Under the pieces are notes generated by a model. It worked only from the letters and a program-made list of their open reading frames with translations, was not told where the DNA came from and made no database searches. A DNA stretch of 43,410 nucleotides from Candidatus Thalassarchaeaceae archaeon (lineage in GTDB: Archaea; Thermoplasmatota; Poseidoniia; Poseidoniales; Thalassarchaeaceae): assembly GCA_029942125.1 (NCBI GenBank), contig JAPYUB010000002.1, positions 1-43,410 of the forward strand, written 5' to 3'. The translations under genes were made by a program, and so were the position numbers. How positions within the stretch are numbered: position 1 is the first letter of the stretch; each line of letters starts with the position of its first letter. This document shows positions 1 to 10,600 of the stretch, piece after piece.

Positions 1-399
1 GTGCTCAGATTGGCGACAATCACCTAGAACTGGAAGAATGCCTGGGCGAGTTTTTGATAATTTAATGAGATCACGAATACATCGAGAAGAAATGTCGATG
101 GCTACAATCGTCCCTCCGAGATGATTCTTGGCCGCACAGAGATGATCATGGAGGTGGCTGATGGTAGTACCATGTCCTGAACCCAAGTACAGGCATACAC
201 TTCCGGGTTCTGGTAACAGTCCACTTTCCGAGGCTTTCAATAATCCGGCTCCAAGTTTTGAGGCTCGAGGATTCCATTGGCGCCATTCCTTTTTTCCATC
301 TCTCTTGAGGCGCTCACCACGCAGACTGACACCCTTAACCGCATTTCGAGACCAGAGACTGCGACCATCGATTCGAACTCTATCAGAGAAGGATATCAC
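1..399 (-). CDS. flpA: Fibrillarin-like 2'-O-methyltransferase, N-terminal part only (gene runs off the left edge)
   Basis: Absent from the ORF track because it has no stop inside the window. Manual minus-strand translation from GTG at 399 gives VISFSDRVRIDGRSLWSRNAVKGVSLRGERLKRDGKKEWRQWNPRASKLGAGLLK...VCLYLGSGHGTTISHLHDHL...GTIVAIDISSRCIRDLIKLSKTRPGILPVLGDCRQSEH. These match fibrillarin hallmarks (YR.WNP.RSKLAA, LYLGA.SGTT.SH, R.L..A..R.NI.PIL.DA). A GGAGGTGA motif lies just upstream of the GTG and the gene sits directly downstream of nop5, the canonical gene order. Confidence 0.85.
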   Translation of the reverse strand, partial: MISFSDRVRIDGRSLWSRNAVKGVSLRGERLKRDGKKEWRQWNPRASKLGAGLLKASESGLLPEPGSVCLYLGSGHGTTISHLHDHLCAAKNHLGGTIVAIDISSRCIRDLIKLSKTRPGILPVLGDCRQSEH

Positions 400-403
400 A
401 AAT

Positions 404-1390
404 TCACCTCCGGCTTCTACGTGCTCGAATCTCGCCGACCTTCTTCTCGACCTCGGCGACTTGCTTTGAGGTCCAAGGTTCTCCTCCAAAGTGGTCAACC
501 CGCACTGCAATGGCCACCTTTGCAGCCAACATTCTAGCAATGGATCCTCGCGTCCACTTTGGGCTTCGGCAAATCCAAGGGTGTTGGAATATATGGCCAT
601 GCTTGGGCGGGTCGGTACCTTGGCGAAGATGTAGGAAAAAGGCCTTCTCGGCCCCTAAGACCTGAATCGTGCTCGCTGGAAGTCTGGCCATACGAGCCCG
701 ACCGTGTGCGGCAGTACACAGTTTAGCAGCAAGAAGTGGTCCGAGAAGGTTCGAAACAGAAGGCATGTAGGTATTCGTCAGTTCCCTGACGGACTTTTCC
801 ATGCTGTCAACCGTATCTGTCATATTCACTGTCGATGAAGCCAACGAATGCAGACCTGACCACTCGTGAGGACCCAACTCGACCTCAGCAGCAGTCACAT
901 CCAAACCGGCCGCTAATTCCAGCAGATTAGAAGAGTTAGAAACCGCTGAAGCGATGGAACTGCGATGTAGGTCCAAATCCAGAGTGGGGAGGAAGAGCCC
1001 TGCCCATTCGACAAGATGTGATTCGAGTGAGTTCTGTGAGGATCGTGCCTCATCTAACGCCCTGACAAGGTGCTCTAGGCGACGGTCTGAATCAGCAGCA
1101 GAATCTGCGACGCCTTGTTCAGCAAGTTTGAGAGAAGCATCTTGCAACAGGACGATTTCATCATCACCCAACGCGGGCCACGAATCAATCGATGTGGGGG
1201 GTGTCACTTGAATCTCCGGAAATCGCTCTGCCAGAGTTCGCGCCTCGATAGTCATGCGCCCATTCATGAGCAGAGTCAACCGTTCCACGAGAGCGGTGGT
1301 TGTTCGAACACCACCCCAAATGCTCTCATCTAAAACCCGCTCTTCTTCGTCATAAACGCGTGCCAATCGCCAGTCCCACACCAGTTGCAC
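404..1390 (-). CDS. nop5: Nop5/Nop56-58 family C/D box sRNP core protein
   Basis: 328-aa ORF. The C-terminal Nop domain motifs are GAEKAFFLHLRQGTDPPKHGHIFQHPWI and RGSIARMLAAKVAIAVRVDHFGG. Fibrillarin follows immediately. The start codon at 1390 is GTG. Confidence 0.85.
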   Translation of the reverse strand: MQLVWDWRLARVYDEEERVLDESIWGGVRTTTALVERLTLLMNGRMTIEARTLAERFPEIQVTPPTSIDSWPALGDDEIVLLQDASLKLAEQGVADSAADSDRRLEHLVRALDEARSSQNSLESHLVEWAGLFLPTLDLDLHRSSIASAVSNSSNLLELAAGLDVTAAEVELGPHEWSGLHSLASSTVNMTDTVDSMEKSVRELTNTYMPSVSNLLGPLLAAKLCTAAHGRARMARLPASTIQVLGAEKAFFLHLRQGTDPPKHGHIFQHPWICRSPKWTRGSIARMLAAKVAIAVRVDHFGGEPWTSKQVAEVEKKVGEIRARRSRR

Positions 1391-1490
1391 ACTTCACGCA
1401 GGACCCTCTCCTTCAAAGTCCGTGCGGAATGATACATGAGCAATGCCGGACAACGTATCATTCAAGTGTGAGTAGTGTACCGGTGCGCCT

Positions 1491-1844
1491 ATGTTCTGTC
1501 CTGAATGTGGAACGCTATCATTCCCTGGTCCCTCTGGGAATATCAAGTGCCCCAATTATGAATGTGGGTACCATGGTACTTCTGAGAACAAAGTAATGAT
1601 GGAAGATGGAACCGAAATTGACATCTCTAAAGCATCGTCAACTAGCAAGGTCGAAAGTCGAGATAGAAGGGTCATTGTCGATTCGGAACAACAGCAAGGA
1701 GTCCTTACAAGCAGTACTTACATTTGCCCTAAATGTGATTCAGATAGTGTTTATGCCGAACTTAAACAAACCAGAGCTTCCGATGAACCAGAGACACGCA
1801 TACTGACCTGTGCAGAGTGTGGACATGGTTGGCGTGAGTACTGA
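1491..1844 (+). CDS. tfs: Transcription factor S (TFS / RpoM-like zinc-ribbon protein)
   Basis: 117 aa. It has an N-terminal Zn ribbon (CPECG...CPNYECG) and a C-terminal Zn ribbon (CPKCDS...QTRASDEPETRILTCAECGHGW) containing the acidic DE loop typical of TFS/TFIIS domain III. Confidence 0.85.
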   Translation: MFCPECGTLSFPGPSGNIKCPNYECGYHGTSENKVMMEDGTEIDISKASSTSKVESRDRRVIVDSEQQQGVLTSSTYICPKCDSDSVYAELKQTRASDEPETRILTCAECGHGWREY

Positions 1845-1926
1845 TTTCGGCCAGAACACCGTAGGTGTTCCAAAGTGAACCCTTTTGAGCCCCCTCTGCC
1901 CAGAACTCAGGTAATAGGGTGAACTC

Positions 1927-2670
1927 ATGTTGAATATCACGGCCAAACAAGATACTATGAGAACAATCGTGGAGATTCTCACAGTTCTTGTCGAAGATGC
2001 CAAATTCAAGTTTGAAGATGGGCACCTCGAAGTGCGCGCTGTCGATGCAATGCATGTCGCAATGGTGCGAATGGAAATTGATGCTGCAGCCTTTGAAGCA
2101 TGGGAATGTGAACCCTGTACGATTGGATTTGAATTGAAGAAACTTCATGATCTCATTGGATTGGCCGAAGCTGGAGACCTCATCGAAATGAATTACGATG
2201 AGAATGATGGCAGGGTCAATATTCAGGTTGGAGAAATCAATCGGACAATTCGTCCATTGGATCGAGCCACGATGTTGGAACCACGCGTTCCTGATGTTGA
2301 ATTGCACAGTTCTGTCAAACTCTCAACCATCAAGTTCAGTCGAGCACTACGTGCAGCCAAACAAGTGGGGGACCTCGCGACAATCTCCCTCAATGCACAA
2401 TCCTTCGGAGTGAACGTCAGTGGCGATACCGATACCGTCAACGTCTCGTACGATGCGGGGGAATTGCAAGACTTAGTCTGTGATGGCCCCGTAAAGAGCC
2501 AATACAGCCTTTCTCTACTCTACCCCATGGCCAAGCGCATGGAGGGGATTGTGGACACCGTAACCTTGTTCTTCAACGAGAATCACCCATTGCGATTAGA
2601 ATTTGAATTTGCAGATGGGGCCGGTCGTTGCATCTACTTCCTCGCACCAAGAATTGAAGACGATGCGTGA
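1927..2670 (+). CDS. pcn: DNA polymerase sliding clamp (PCNA)
   Basis: 247 aa, the typical archaeal PCNA length. The N-terminal pattern is ...IVEILTVLVEDAKFKFEDGHLEVRAVDAMHVAMVRMEI and the C-terminus is YFLAPRIEDD. Confidence 0.85.
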   Translation: MLNITAKQDTMRTIVEILTVLVEDAKFKFEDGHLEVRAVDAMHVAMVRMEIDAAAFEAWECEPCTIGFELKKLHDLIGLAEAGDLIEMNYDENDGRVNIQVGEINRTIRPLDRATMLEPRVPDVELHSSVKLSTIKFSRALRAAKQVGDLATISLNAQSFGVNVSGDTDTVNVSYDAGELQDLVCDGPVKSQYSLSLLYPMAKRMEGIVDTVTLFFNENHPLRLEFEFADGAGRCIYFLAPRIEDDA

Positions 2671-2683
2671 ACCCGCGTAGAGC

Positions 2684-3781
2684 ATGGGAAACCCCCGGGT
2701 GTGCGTCATCATCCCAACCTTGCGCAACGCTGAAGAGTTGGAAATTGCCCTCAGTGGTTTGAACAATCAATCTTGGGAAGGGGCACTGGAAATTGCTATT
2801 GTGGGCTCAACCGGCGATCCTGGAGAAGCCGTAGCAAGAACAAACGGAGCAACGTGGATTGATGATGCTGGTAGTCGAACCAGAGCCGATGCCTGTAATG
2901 TTGCACTCGACGTCGTGGATTGCGATATTGTTCTGTTCACAGATGATGATGTCTGGGTGCCAGAGGACTGGGTAGCGAATCTAGTCCAATGGTTTGAACG
3001 CGAGAATGTTGCTGGAGTTGGAGGGCCGAATTTTGCACCCCCCGATGATAGGTCGACATTCTGGCAACGCGTGATTGATGTGACATTCTGTTCAAAATGG
3101 GTCACTGCAGGCACGAATTATGGTAATCGAGGCACTGAGAGGTTAACCCGAGCAAAGCAATTACCGGGTGTGAATGCGGCGTATCGAAAATCTGTACTCG
3201 ACGAGGTTGGCGGATTCGATAAAGGCGCAATTGGATGTGAAGATGCGATGATGGATTACCGCATCGAAATGGCTGGACATAAACTGTGGCAGGATCGCGA
3301 TGCAATCATGTGGCATCGACGGAGGAATCCAAGTCGTGTTAGAAAACAAATTCGAAATTATGGTCTTGTTAGGATTCTGGCCAGCGACATCCATCCGGGA
3401 ATGAAATCGTGGAGTCATACTGCCGTCGGATTGTTCCCACTTCTGGTACTTGCAGCGTTGACCTCCTTCGTTTATGGTGCATTGAACGGAGGTTTGGCTT
3501 GGCCAAATGTGTGGGATATTTCTCTAGAGACAGTTCCAATGGGAACATCTCGATCGATGGTTCATCTTCCTGTCAGTCTTGCGGGTGTGTATGTTCTGCT
3601 GTGTTGGTTGGGAGCGGCGTTAGGCACATCACCCTCTCGTAACTTTGCGACCATTCTCATGGCACCCCTAATGACATTCCTGATGCATTGGTCGTATGGA
3701 ATTGGGGTCTTGACCGCTTGGTGGAGAATTCACATCTCCAATAATGCTGGATTACAGATTGATGACAAAGATCGTGCCTAG
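2684..3781 (+). CDS. Family 2 glycosyltransferase with C-terminal membrane domain
   Basis: GT2 N-terminus VCVIIPTLRNAEELEIALSGLNNQSW, a DxD-type LFTDDDVWVPEDW motif, and several hydrophobic helices in the last ~120 aa. Confidence 0.7.
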   Translation: MGNPRVCVIIPTLRNAEELEIALSGLNNQSWEGALEIAIVGSTGDPGEAVARTNGATWIDDAGSRTRADACNVALDVVDCDIVLFTDDDVWVPEDWVANLVQWFERENVAGVGGPNFAPPDDRSTFWQRVIDVTFCSKWVTAGTNYGNRGTERLTRAKQLPGVNAAYRKSVLDEVGGFDKGAIGCEDAMMDYRIEMAGHKLWQDRDAIMWHRRRNPSRVRKQIRNYGLVRILASDIHPGMKSWSHTAVGLFPLLVLAALTSFVYGALNGGLAWPNVWDISLETVPMGTSRSMVHLPVSLAGVYVLLCWLGAALGTSPSRNFATILMAPLMTFLMHWSYGIGVLTAWWRIHISNNAGLQIDDKDRA

Positions 3782-4578
3782 ACTCGATGCATTTGATTAT
3801 CTTGAATTGAATAGGACGGTGACTTAGGTCGCCAGATTAATGCGGTCATGAGTGAAAAAAATATTCCTCCAACGGCAATGTTGAGCCAACTCTCTGAGAG
3901 ATATCGAGAACTCGCATTAAAGTAAGCCCATGTGAAACTGGGAATAATTCCAATGATTAAGGCGATGATTGATTCGCGAACAATTAGGTCGCTCTTCGGG
4001 GGGGAAGTCGGCATCTTCAGTTCACCTTCAGGGACTGATGAACGAACCAAACGGAATCCCATCTGAGGACGAGAGACTCCCCGGGGGGTAGCCCCACGCA
4101 TGGTGCCAGTTCCACCCCATATACGTGTCACGTGTGCAGTATGGTCAGATACTCCGCCTCCACGAACTTGAGGGACCCAAGGGCGTCCATCACACGGAGC
4201 TCCCCAGTAACCACTACGGGGTGGTCGGTCGCTCAATACCTCCACCAAGACGTCACCCAGTCCAATTGCACCTTGTTCTGATGCAAGGGCCCATTCAGCC
4301 TCCGAAGGTGGGCGAAGATTGTCAGTTGTTCCAACGAGGGCAGCCTCGATCATCAGAGGTGTCAAACGATTTACTGTAGACGCTGAATCAACACCTGCAA
4401 TCGATTGCCCAGTCAATGTTTTCCATTGAGAATATGTAATCGGAGCAACACTAATGTCAAATTCTGTTTCAATGCGAATTTCATGGCGTGGACCATTGCT
4501 CACATGCATTAAGGCTCCACGTTCATCTCCAAGCCAAGCGGTACCTGGAGTGACCTTAATCCATTCAATTTCGCTCAA
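3778..4578 (-). CDS. Formylglycine-generating-enzyme (FGE/SUMF1) domain protein with two C-terminal TM helices
   Basis: Motifs IEWIKVTPGTAWLGDERG, LRPPSEAEWALASEQG and RPQMGFRLVR fit the FGE-sulfatase fold. The track ORF (to 4830) overlaps the ABC gene by about 250 nt in another frame. I place the start at TTG 4578, which follows a GAGGAGG motif and lies 4 nt after the ABC stop. ATG 4509 is an alternative start. Confidence 0.55.
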   Translation of the reverse strand: MSEIEWIKVTPGTAWLGDERGALMHVSNGPRHEIRIETEFDISVAPITYSQWKTLTGQSIAGVDSASTVNRLTPLMIEAALVGTTDNLRPPSEAEWALASEQGAIGLGDVLVEVLSDRPPRSGYWGAPCDGRPWVPQVRGGGVSDHTAHVTRIWGGTGTMRGATPRGVSRPQMGFRLVRSSVPEGELKMPTSPPKSDLIVRESIIALIIGIIPSFTWAYFNASSRYLSESWLNIAVGGIFFSLMTALIWRPKSPSYSIQDNQMHRV

Positions 4579-4582
4579 GGAA

Positions 4583-6451
4583 TTACTCCTCCTCAAGTGC
4601 TCCAGTTTGAATTGCCCATTGACTTGAATAAACACCATCATTGGCCACGAGAATGTCGTGAGTCCCTCTCTCGACAACCGCCCCATCAACCATCGATAGA
4701 ATTTCATCGGCATTACGAATGGTCGACAAACGGTGAGCCACAGCAATGGTAGTCCGAGACTCACCCGTTCCCAGAAGATTCGATTGAATTCGTCGCTCGG
4801 TCTCGGCATCCAATGCACTGGATGCTTCATCCAATATCAAGAAACTCGGCTTCATCAACAACGCCCGGGCCAAGGAGATTCTCGCACGCTGCCCACCAGA
4901 GAGCATGACACCACGATCTCCTACCAGCGTATTGACTCCATCCTCCATGTCGACCACGAATTCATCTGCGCCGGCGAGACGAAGGGCAATATCAATCTCC
5001 TCCTCTGAAGCATCTCGAGAGTATACGACGTTGTCGCGAACGCTACCATAGAACAAGAAGGGATCTTGACTGACGAATCCCATCTGCTCCCGAACACTGT
5101 TCAAAGTGATGTCTTGGATATTCCGTCCATTGATTAAGACCTCACCCGAATCTGGCTCATAATAGCGTAGAAGTAACTTCAAAATCGTTGATTTCCCCGC
5201 TCCAGTGTGACCCATCACACCAATGAATCCGCCCTGCCCCACATTGAATGAAATGCCATTCAATACGGCAGTATCTGTACCAGGGTAAGTAAAGTGAACA
5301 TCATTGAACTCAATTCTCTCGATGGGACCTTCTAGGGCTGTCGCATCCGCCTTATCGACAATACTCGGCTCCAGGTCAACCATGGCAATAACACGACGTG
5401 CTGCCGCTTCCCCACGTTGCAATTGATTGACGAGCATACCGAAAATGAACAATGGCATCGAAAGACGTGTCATAATGAGAAGGAACGTGACAAAAGCACC
5501 GGTTGAGATGTCCCCCTCCTTCATCAGCCAGCCCCCAACTGAAACCAAAAGACCGTAGACGATTCCAGCCACAGAATAGAGCCCGGGGATGAAGCGATTC
5601 CGATCTAGACTTGCACCAATGGCTTGATCTCGATAGCCTTCACTCTCGTTAGAGACGCGTGTTGTTTCCCATTCTTGAGCATTGTATGCCTGAACGACTG
5701 CAATGCCTGAAATCACATTTTCAAGGACCGCATTGATGCCACCCGTAGACTCACGTTGTTTGCGATATTTTCGTTGCACCCGGGTCGAGAACAAATACAC
5801 CATTGGGAATATGAGAACGAGAGGGCCAAATAGGACGGCGGTCAATTTCCATGACATCATCATGAGAATGACGAATGCGGTGATGAATGTCGTGAAAATA
5901 CGAATAATCGATGTAGAGGAATCTGAAATGACATCCTCCAGTTGATTCACGTCCGATGATAAGACAGACATCAGGACACCGGTTTGCCTCAGATCATAGT
6001 ATGATGCTTCCATTCTGATGAGGCTGCGCGTAGCATCCAATCTGAGATCGTGTTGAACCTTGTAACCTAGTGTCTGCCAGCAAAAATCTGAAACACCTTG
6101 GAAAATAGCAAGTCCAACAAAACCGAGGAATATTAGAATCCCGTACGATAGAGCTTGGTCATCGCTGATGAAATTCAACACGTTCTCGTCGAGGAAGTTG
6201 CGGAAATCTCCTAGACGTCCACCTGAAGCTGTGCCGCTGTAATAATCAACTGCAAAACCGATGAATATGAAAGGTACCAAATCAAAGATTCTAGCTAGCA
6301 TATTGGTTGCAATTCCAACTGTAGCTCTGCGACGATATGGACGGATGTAAGGGAAAATTCTCCAAATTCTACGGCCAAGAATTTGAGTCGATTCATCGTT
6401 ATCCTCATCATCGGAATTACCGATAGATGAGCCATGATGATGGTGGGACAT
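4583..6451 (-). CDS. ABC exporter, fused TMD-NBD (MsbA/multidrug-lipid exporter type)
   Basis: 622 aa. A six-helix N-terminal half is followed by Walker A GHTGAGKST, signature LSGGQRARISLARAL and Walker B ILDEASSALD. The N-terminus MSHHHHGSS... is natural (ATG at 6451). Confidence 0.9.
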   Translation of the reverse strand: MSHHHHGSSIGNSDDEDNDESTQILGRRIWRIFPYIRPYRRRATVGIATNMLARIFDLVPFIFIGFAVDYYSGTASGGRLGDFRNFLDENVLNFISDDQALSYGILIFLGFVGLAIFQGVSDFCWQTLGYKVQHDLRLDATRSLIRMEASYYDLRQTGVLMSVLSSDVNQLEDVISDSSTSIIRIFTTFITAFVILMMMSWKLTAVLFGPLVLIFPMVYLFSTRVQRKYRKQRESTGGINAVLENVISGIAVVQAYNAQEWETTRVSNESEGYRDQAIGASLDRNRFIPGLYSVAGIVYGLLVSVGGWLMKEGDISTGAFVTFLLIMTRLSMPLFIFGMLVNQLQRGEAAARRVIAMVDLEPSIVDKADATALEGPIERIEFNDVHFTYPGTDTAVLNGISFNVGQGGFIGVMGHTGAGKSTILKLLLRYYEPDSGEVLINGRNIQDITLNSVREQMGFVSQDPFLFYGSVRDNVVYSRDASEEEIDIALRLAGADEFVVDMEDGVNTLVGDRGVMLSGGQRARISLARALLMKPSFLILDEASSALDAETERRIQSNLLGTGESRTTIAVAHRLSTIRNADEILSMVDGAVVERGTHDILVANDGVYSSQWAIQTGALEEE

Positions 6452-6504
6452 CGAAGTCGGGTCAGGTCAATGGTTTTTCAATACGACAGTGTCAAATTCT
6501 GAAG

Positions 6505-6576
6505 TGCGGACGACGGGATTTGAACCCGTGACATGAGGTTGGAAACCTCAGGTGATAACCCCTTCACTACATCCGC
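6505..6576 (-). tRNA. tRNA-Gly (anticodon UCC), no encoded CCA
   Basis: The minus-strand sequence GCGGATG TA GTGA AGGGGTTA TCAC C TGAGG TTTCCAA CCTCA TGTC ACGGG TTCAAAT CCCGT CGTCCGC A folds by hand into a 72-nt cloverleaf. It has a 7-bp acceptor stem (one G-U), a 4-bp D stem, a 5-bp anticodon stem, the loop TT-TCC-AA and a 5-bp T stem with TTCAAAT. Confidence 0.9.
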
Positions 6577-6665
6577 GGTAGATTGAGGGGGCAGCGCGTT
6601 GGTCTTATCCAATTCGGTCCGGCCAGTCCCGCAGATTCAAGGAGTATAGACGCTCGGCACGCTGT

Positions 6666-6848
6666 ATGCATTGGCGGCGTAAAGTCGGTATCGGGATGTG
6701 TTTCATTTTCATGCCTGCAGTTGCACCCCTCTGGGCTCTCGCGTTCAATGTAGAGGTGGTGACAATGATTCGTGTGTTGACCTTACTATTTGTTCCAAGT
6801 TTAATTATCGCACTTGGGGGAAAATCCATTGAACAAGATGAAGTCTGA
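6666..6848 (+). CDS. Possible small membrane protein (two hydrophobic helices)
   Basis: A 60-aa ORF with VGIGMCFIFMPAVAPLWALAF and VLTLLFVPSLIIALGG. There is no other support, and the overlapping minus-strand 83-aa ORF looks less protein-like. Confidence 0.25.
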   Translation: MHWRRKVGIGMCFIFMPAVAPLWALAFNVEVVTMIRVLTLLFVPSLIIALGGKSIEQDEV

Positions 6849-6859
6849 ATAATCACAAT

Positions 6860-7654
6860 CTACACGACTTCAATCAGCCTTGAAAATCCAAAGGCGAATG
6901 GTCTACCATCAAGCAATTCTCGCCAATGATAGGCTTCAAGTTGATATTCATGACCCTCGTGGGATAGGACTACTTCATCGCAATTCAACACCGTGAATGT
7001 CTGCGGGGGGACGTGCATCCCCAAGCCGCATGCCTTCTGAACTGCCTCTTTGACAACCCAGGTTCTGATGGCTTCTTGCATTCCAACTCTGGCATCGTTT
7101 TCCCACAATTGTTCAAGATGCTGAAGTTCATCCCCCGAAGTCATCATCGTCAACAGATTTCGAGCCCGGGGCACATCCAGAGGTTCTGCATCCAACCCAA
7201 TTAATGAACCATTCAAAGAAATGGCGGCAATTGAAATCCCATTGGAATGTCCCAACGTTATCTCAGGAAGTGCTGGACTCAAAGGGCCACCGGCGCGCTT
7301 TCTCGCTTCATGATCCCTCCACATCAGATTCGGTTTACGATGCTCGTCCCTAACCACTCGGAGGTCGGATGGATCGAAACCGATGTCGCGAAGCAGAGTT
7401 GCCAATGCATAACGAGCGGATGCATGTTCAAGGGCGCGTTTGGGTGTAACAAAGGTCGATGCTTCGAATTGATCTACGAGAGGAACTTTGGACAGATTGG
7501 GGAGGGGCCCCCCTGGAGTATCGAGGACGACGGGAATCCAAACTGCAATTACATCGTTCAAACCACATTCTTCAGGTAGGGTAAGAGGAGATACTAGGCC
7601 TGCAGGTTGCCAATTTTCCATATAAATTCCCCAATTGGAAAATTGATTATTCAA
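6860..7654 (-). CDS. Sfp-type 4'-phosphopantetheinyl transferase
   Basis: Sfp-family motifs in order: HRKPNL (G/RKP), ITLGHSNG (SxSHS-like), GLDAEP (GxDxE) and WVVKEAVQKACG (WxxKEAxxK). The ORF starts 4 nt after the megasynthase stop. The start is TTG 7654 or ATG 7621. Confidence 0.8.
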   Translation of the reverse strand: MNNQFSNWGIYMENWQPAGLVSPLTLPEECGLNDVIAVWIPVVLDTPGGPLPNLSKVPLVDQFEASTFVTPKRALEHASARYALATLLRDIGFDPSDLRVVRDEHRKPNLMWRDHEARKRAGGPLSPALPEITLGHSNGISIAAISLNGSLIGLDAEPLDVPRARNLLTMMTSGDELQHLEQLWENDARVGMQEAIRTWVVKEAVQKACGLGMHVPPQTFTVLNCDEVVLSHEGHEYQLEAYHWRELLDGRPFAFGFSRLIEVV

Positions 7655-7658
7655 TTGA

Positions 7659-10600
7659 TTATTTTTTCTTTCTTTTGAGATTGAATCTCATTTCATCAGG
7701 CACTGGGGCCATGCCTTTGAGACGAAGCCCAGTGAGTGAGATAATCGGCTTCTGATTGCGATCGAACACCACGGCATCATGAATCGTCACTCCTCCGTCT
7801 TCTTGACCCCGGCGGTAACTTCGCACCCTCAAATCATCACGTTTGGCTGGAATCTTTAGAATTTCACATTCTTCGATTCCAATTGGGAGACTAGAGATGC
7901 CGTCCACTTCCATTGCTACCAATCCAGCATTTTGAAAACAAGCTTCGATGAGCATTGGCAAGGATTCCAAGAGAACGGGTTCCTCTTGGAATAATTGTGA
8001 ATTCGGCAATTGATTGCGCAACAATGCAATTCCATCAGCGCCCATATTATCTCGATCTGATATACCCTTAATCAGGCCACCATGGACTTGGAAGCGAGGG
8101 CCATGGAAGAATCGATCGTAGATGAAACTGGGTTGGAATGAGGCATTTCCCCTTCCTGGCGAATCGGTGAAAGATATCTTCGCATTCCGGGAGGCCCCTT
8201 CCTTGAGCAACCGGACCAAGGCCTCATGGTGTATTCTTGGCTCACCAAAAATTTCACCTTTTGAATTCACCAAATCGCTCTCAATATGACATCTTAGGGT
8301 CAACGAATTGTGATCTTGACCATTGAATTCAACTTTAACTCGAACTCGAGCTTCTTCTTTCATCAATTTGATTGGCAATCCAAATTTGACATCTGAGAAT
8401 CCCTCAAGATTACACATTGGGTAGAGCAATAGCGCACTTTGAGCAAACATTTCCATCGCCATCACTCCAGGGTGGTACGGTGTTCCGTCGATTGAATGGT
8501 CGATGAGGAATGGGAAACGTTCAGTGGAAAGTGTACATTCCGTCACAATTTCAGAATAGGGCTCATGTGTGATAATTCGATCAACAAAAGGAAACCGTTC
8601 AGTTTCTGCCATGGCGCCAGCGGTATCGGTAGGAAATTTCTGAGGGGGCGCTCTTTTGCACCCCTCATCATCCAATATCCCCAATGCGCCAGCAGCAACA
8701 ACGCGTCGTTTTCCACCAGCTAGCATTTCCTGAACGAAAATTTCGACACCGGTTTCAACTGGAATTGTCTCAATTCCTGCCTGCAAGAATACAGATTCCA
8801 CAGACCCGCGTGTTGCCATCCCAACGTCGCGCCATCCCGACCAAGCAATCGCCACTGCCCGAGGTGCGTCCTCATGATGTGCAATGCGACACATCTCAGC
8901 ATCGAGGATGTTGTTGGCCGCTGCATAATCGACCTGCCCTCCATTCCCAAACCGACCGGCGACTGAAGTGAATGCACACATAACTCGCAACTGATCTAGT
9001 TCGTCGCCTATTGCATCAATCAATGCCCTCCAACCATCAATTTTCACTGAAATGACCTTTGAAAAGGTCTCCCAAGATTTGTCAGCGACGAGTTTAGAAT
9101 CTTCAAGTCCGGCACCGTGAACAACACCAGTTATTGGGCCGAATTCTTCTCTTACAGCGGATAGAACTTTGGAAACTGATTTTGAATTCGTGACATCACA
9201 GGCATCATATAATGCTCTATTGCCAGTTGCTTGAATGTCAAGTATTGTTTGATGAATCTCTAGACTGCGAAGATGCTTGTCCCATTCACTATTCCACTCA
9301 ACCATGGTGACTTGACCAGATTCACTCTGAGCAATCATCTCCTCTCGAAGTTCCATCTTGCGATTTTCCAAAGTGGATTCATCATCTTCGAGCCATTCCT
9401 CAATGCTTGCATCCAATCGTGTTCGACCCAGGAGAATGAATGTGGCACCAGCATTGGGGCTTGCTTCTGCCACACCGACAATACATCTCGCAGTAACTCC
9501 TGAACCGCCACCGGAAACAATCCACACGTCATCGCTCTCAAGGGCACTAATCTCCTCGGTGAGATTTTCCTCATATAGGCGAAGAGCCCAACGGTTTCCG
9601 TCACGCGATAATCCCACTTCCAACGGTGAGACTCGACCGAATGCTTCCGCCCAAATTTGATGGGCCAGTGCTGTGGGGTTTGATAGCAACTCAGGATCTA
9701 CATCAACAGCACGACAACGAATATGCGGCTTTTCTTTAGCATATGATTTGACAATGCCATGTGCACCCGCTGCAAGGGCATTGAAACGGCTGCTCGAGTT
9801 ACCGTGACGGCCATCCATTGCGCTGACAGACATCACTGTTCCATCTGTAATTGAATTGAAGTGGCTATCGAGTGATTTCAACAATCCAAACAAACCATGC
9901 GTCGTTGATGTGAGTTGAACCTGCTGGGTTTCACTTTCCCACCCCACCCCTGCGAGGCGGAGGGGTGAGAGATGAAGTAAAGCTACAACATCCCCAATCT
10001 TGGCAAGATGTGCGCTGACCTCGGCAAGTTGGTCGTGGTTCCCGGGGTCAACACGTACAATATCCACAGGGCCATCTTTCTCGATTTTTATCTTAGAGAC
10101 GATACTGGGGTCGAGCATGATGCGAACGGTATCGATTCCAGCGGCTTCAAGGATGTGGCAAAGGGTATCCGCAACCCCCCAAGGATCGTCAGTTACAGCA
10201 ATGACTTTGCCATCAATATCGAGAGGTGTGGTTGCTTCTGGTTGTACGTCCTCAGCCTCTACCTGCCATCGTCGCACACCTGTTGATTCGGGTTTTATCT
10301 CTGGTGACGGAGGTTCAGGTTCAGAAACCACTGACGGTTCATCGATTGTTGCTACTTCCTCTGTATACTGATCGCCTTGATCCAGATAGGCAATCATGTG
10401 ATTGAGCGTGGGATGATTGCTCAAAACAAATGATTCGTCCACTGGCAATCCATAGAAATCACGAAGTTCAGCCATGATTTCTGCCTGTTTCACTGTATCG
10501 ATTCCAAGTTCGCCCTCAAGGTCCTGATCCAATTCAATGAAATCCTCAGGATACCCGGTATGTTTGACAACGACGGAGATTACTTTGGCTGCGACAGCAG

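Noticed and set aside
161-537. Plus-strand ORFs 161..469 and 277..537 at the left edge.
   Set aside because: They lie antisense to a clearly recognisable fibrillarin reading frame (1..399) and to the nop5 3' end. The fibrillarin frame is missing from the track only because it has no stop in the window.
1391-1490. Possible C/D box sRNA in the nop5-tfs divergent spacer (AATGATAC ... TGTGA).
   Set aside because: The C-box match is imperfect (AUGAUAC versus RUGAUGA). No CUGA D box or terminal stem is present. The region is more simply a divergent promoter.
3778-4830. The long form of the FGE-domain ORF, overlapping the ABC transporter 3' end by ~250 nt.
   Set aside because: The overlapping N-terminal 83 codons have no FGE similarity. 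The domain begins right after the ABC stop, where a TTG preceded by GAGGAGG is available. The overlap is probably an artefact of longest-ORF calling.
6433-6451. The N-terminus MSHHHHGSS of the ABC transporter resembles an engineered His-tag or vector remnant.
   Set aside because: It has only four His residues, with no thrombin/TEV or vector-derived flanks. The native-looking acidic continuation (SIGNSDDEDNDES) and the genomic context argue for a natural His/Asp-rich N-terminus.
6452-6860. tRNA-Gly as a possible integration site marking a genomic island boundary next to the PKS cluster.
   Set aside because: I saw no integrase or recombinase gene and no duplicated copy of the tRNA 3' end by eye within the window. 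This cannot be excluded without a repeat search over the whole contig.
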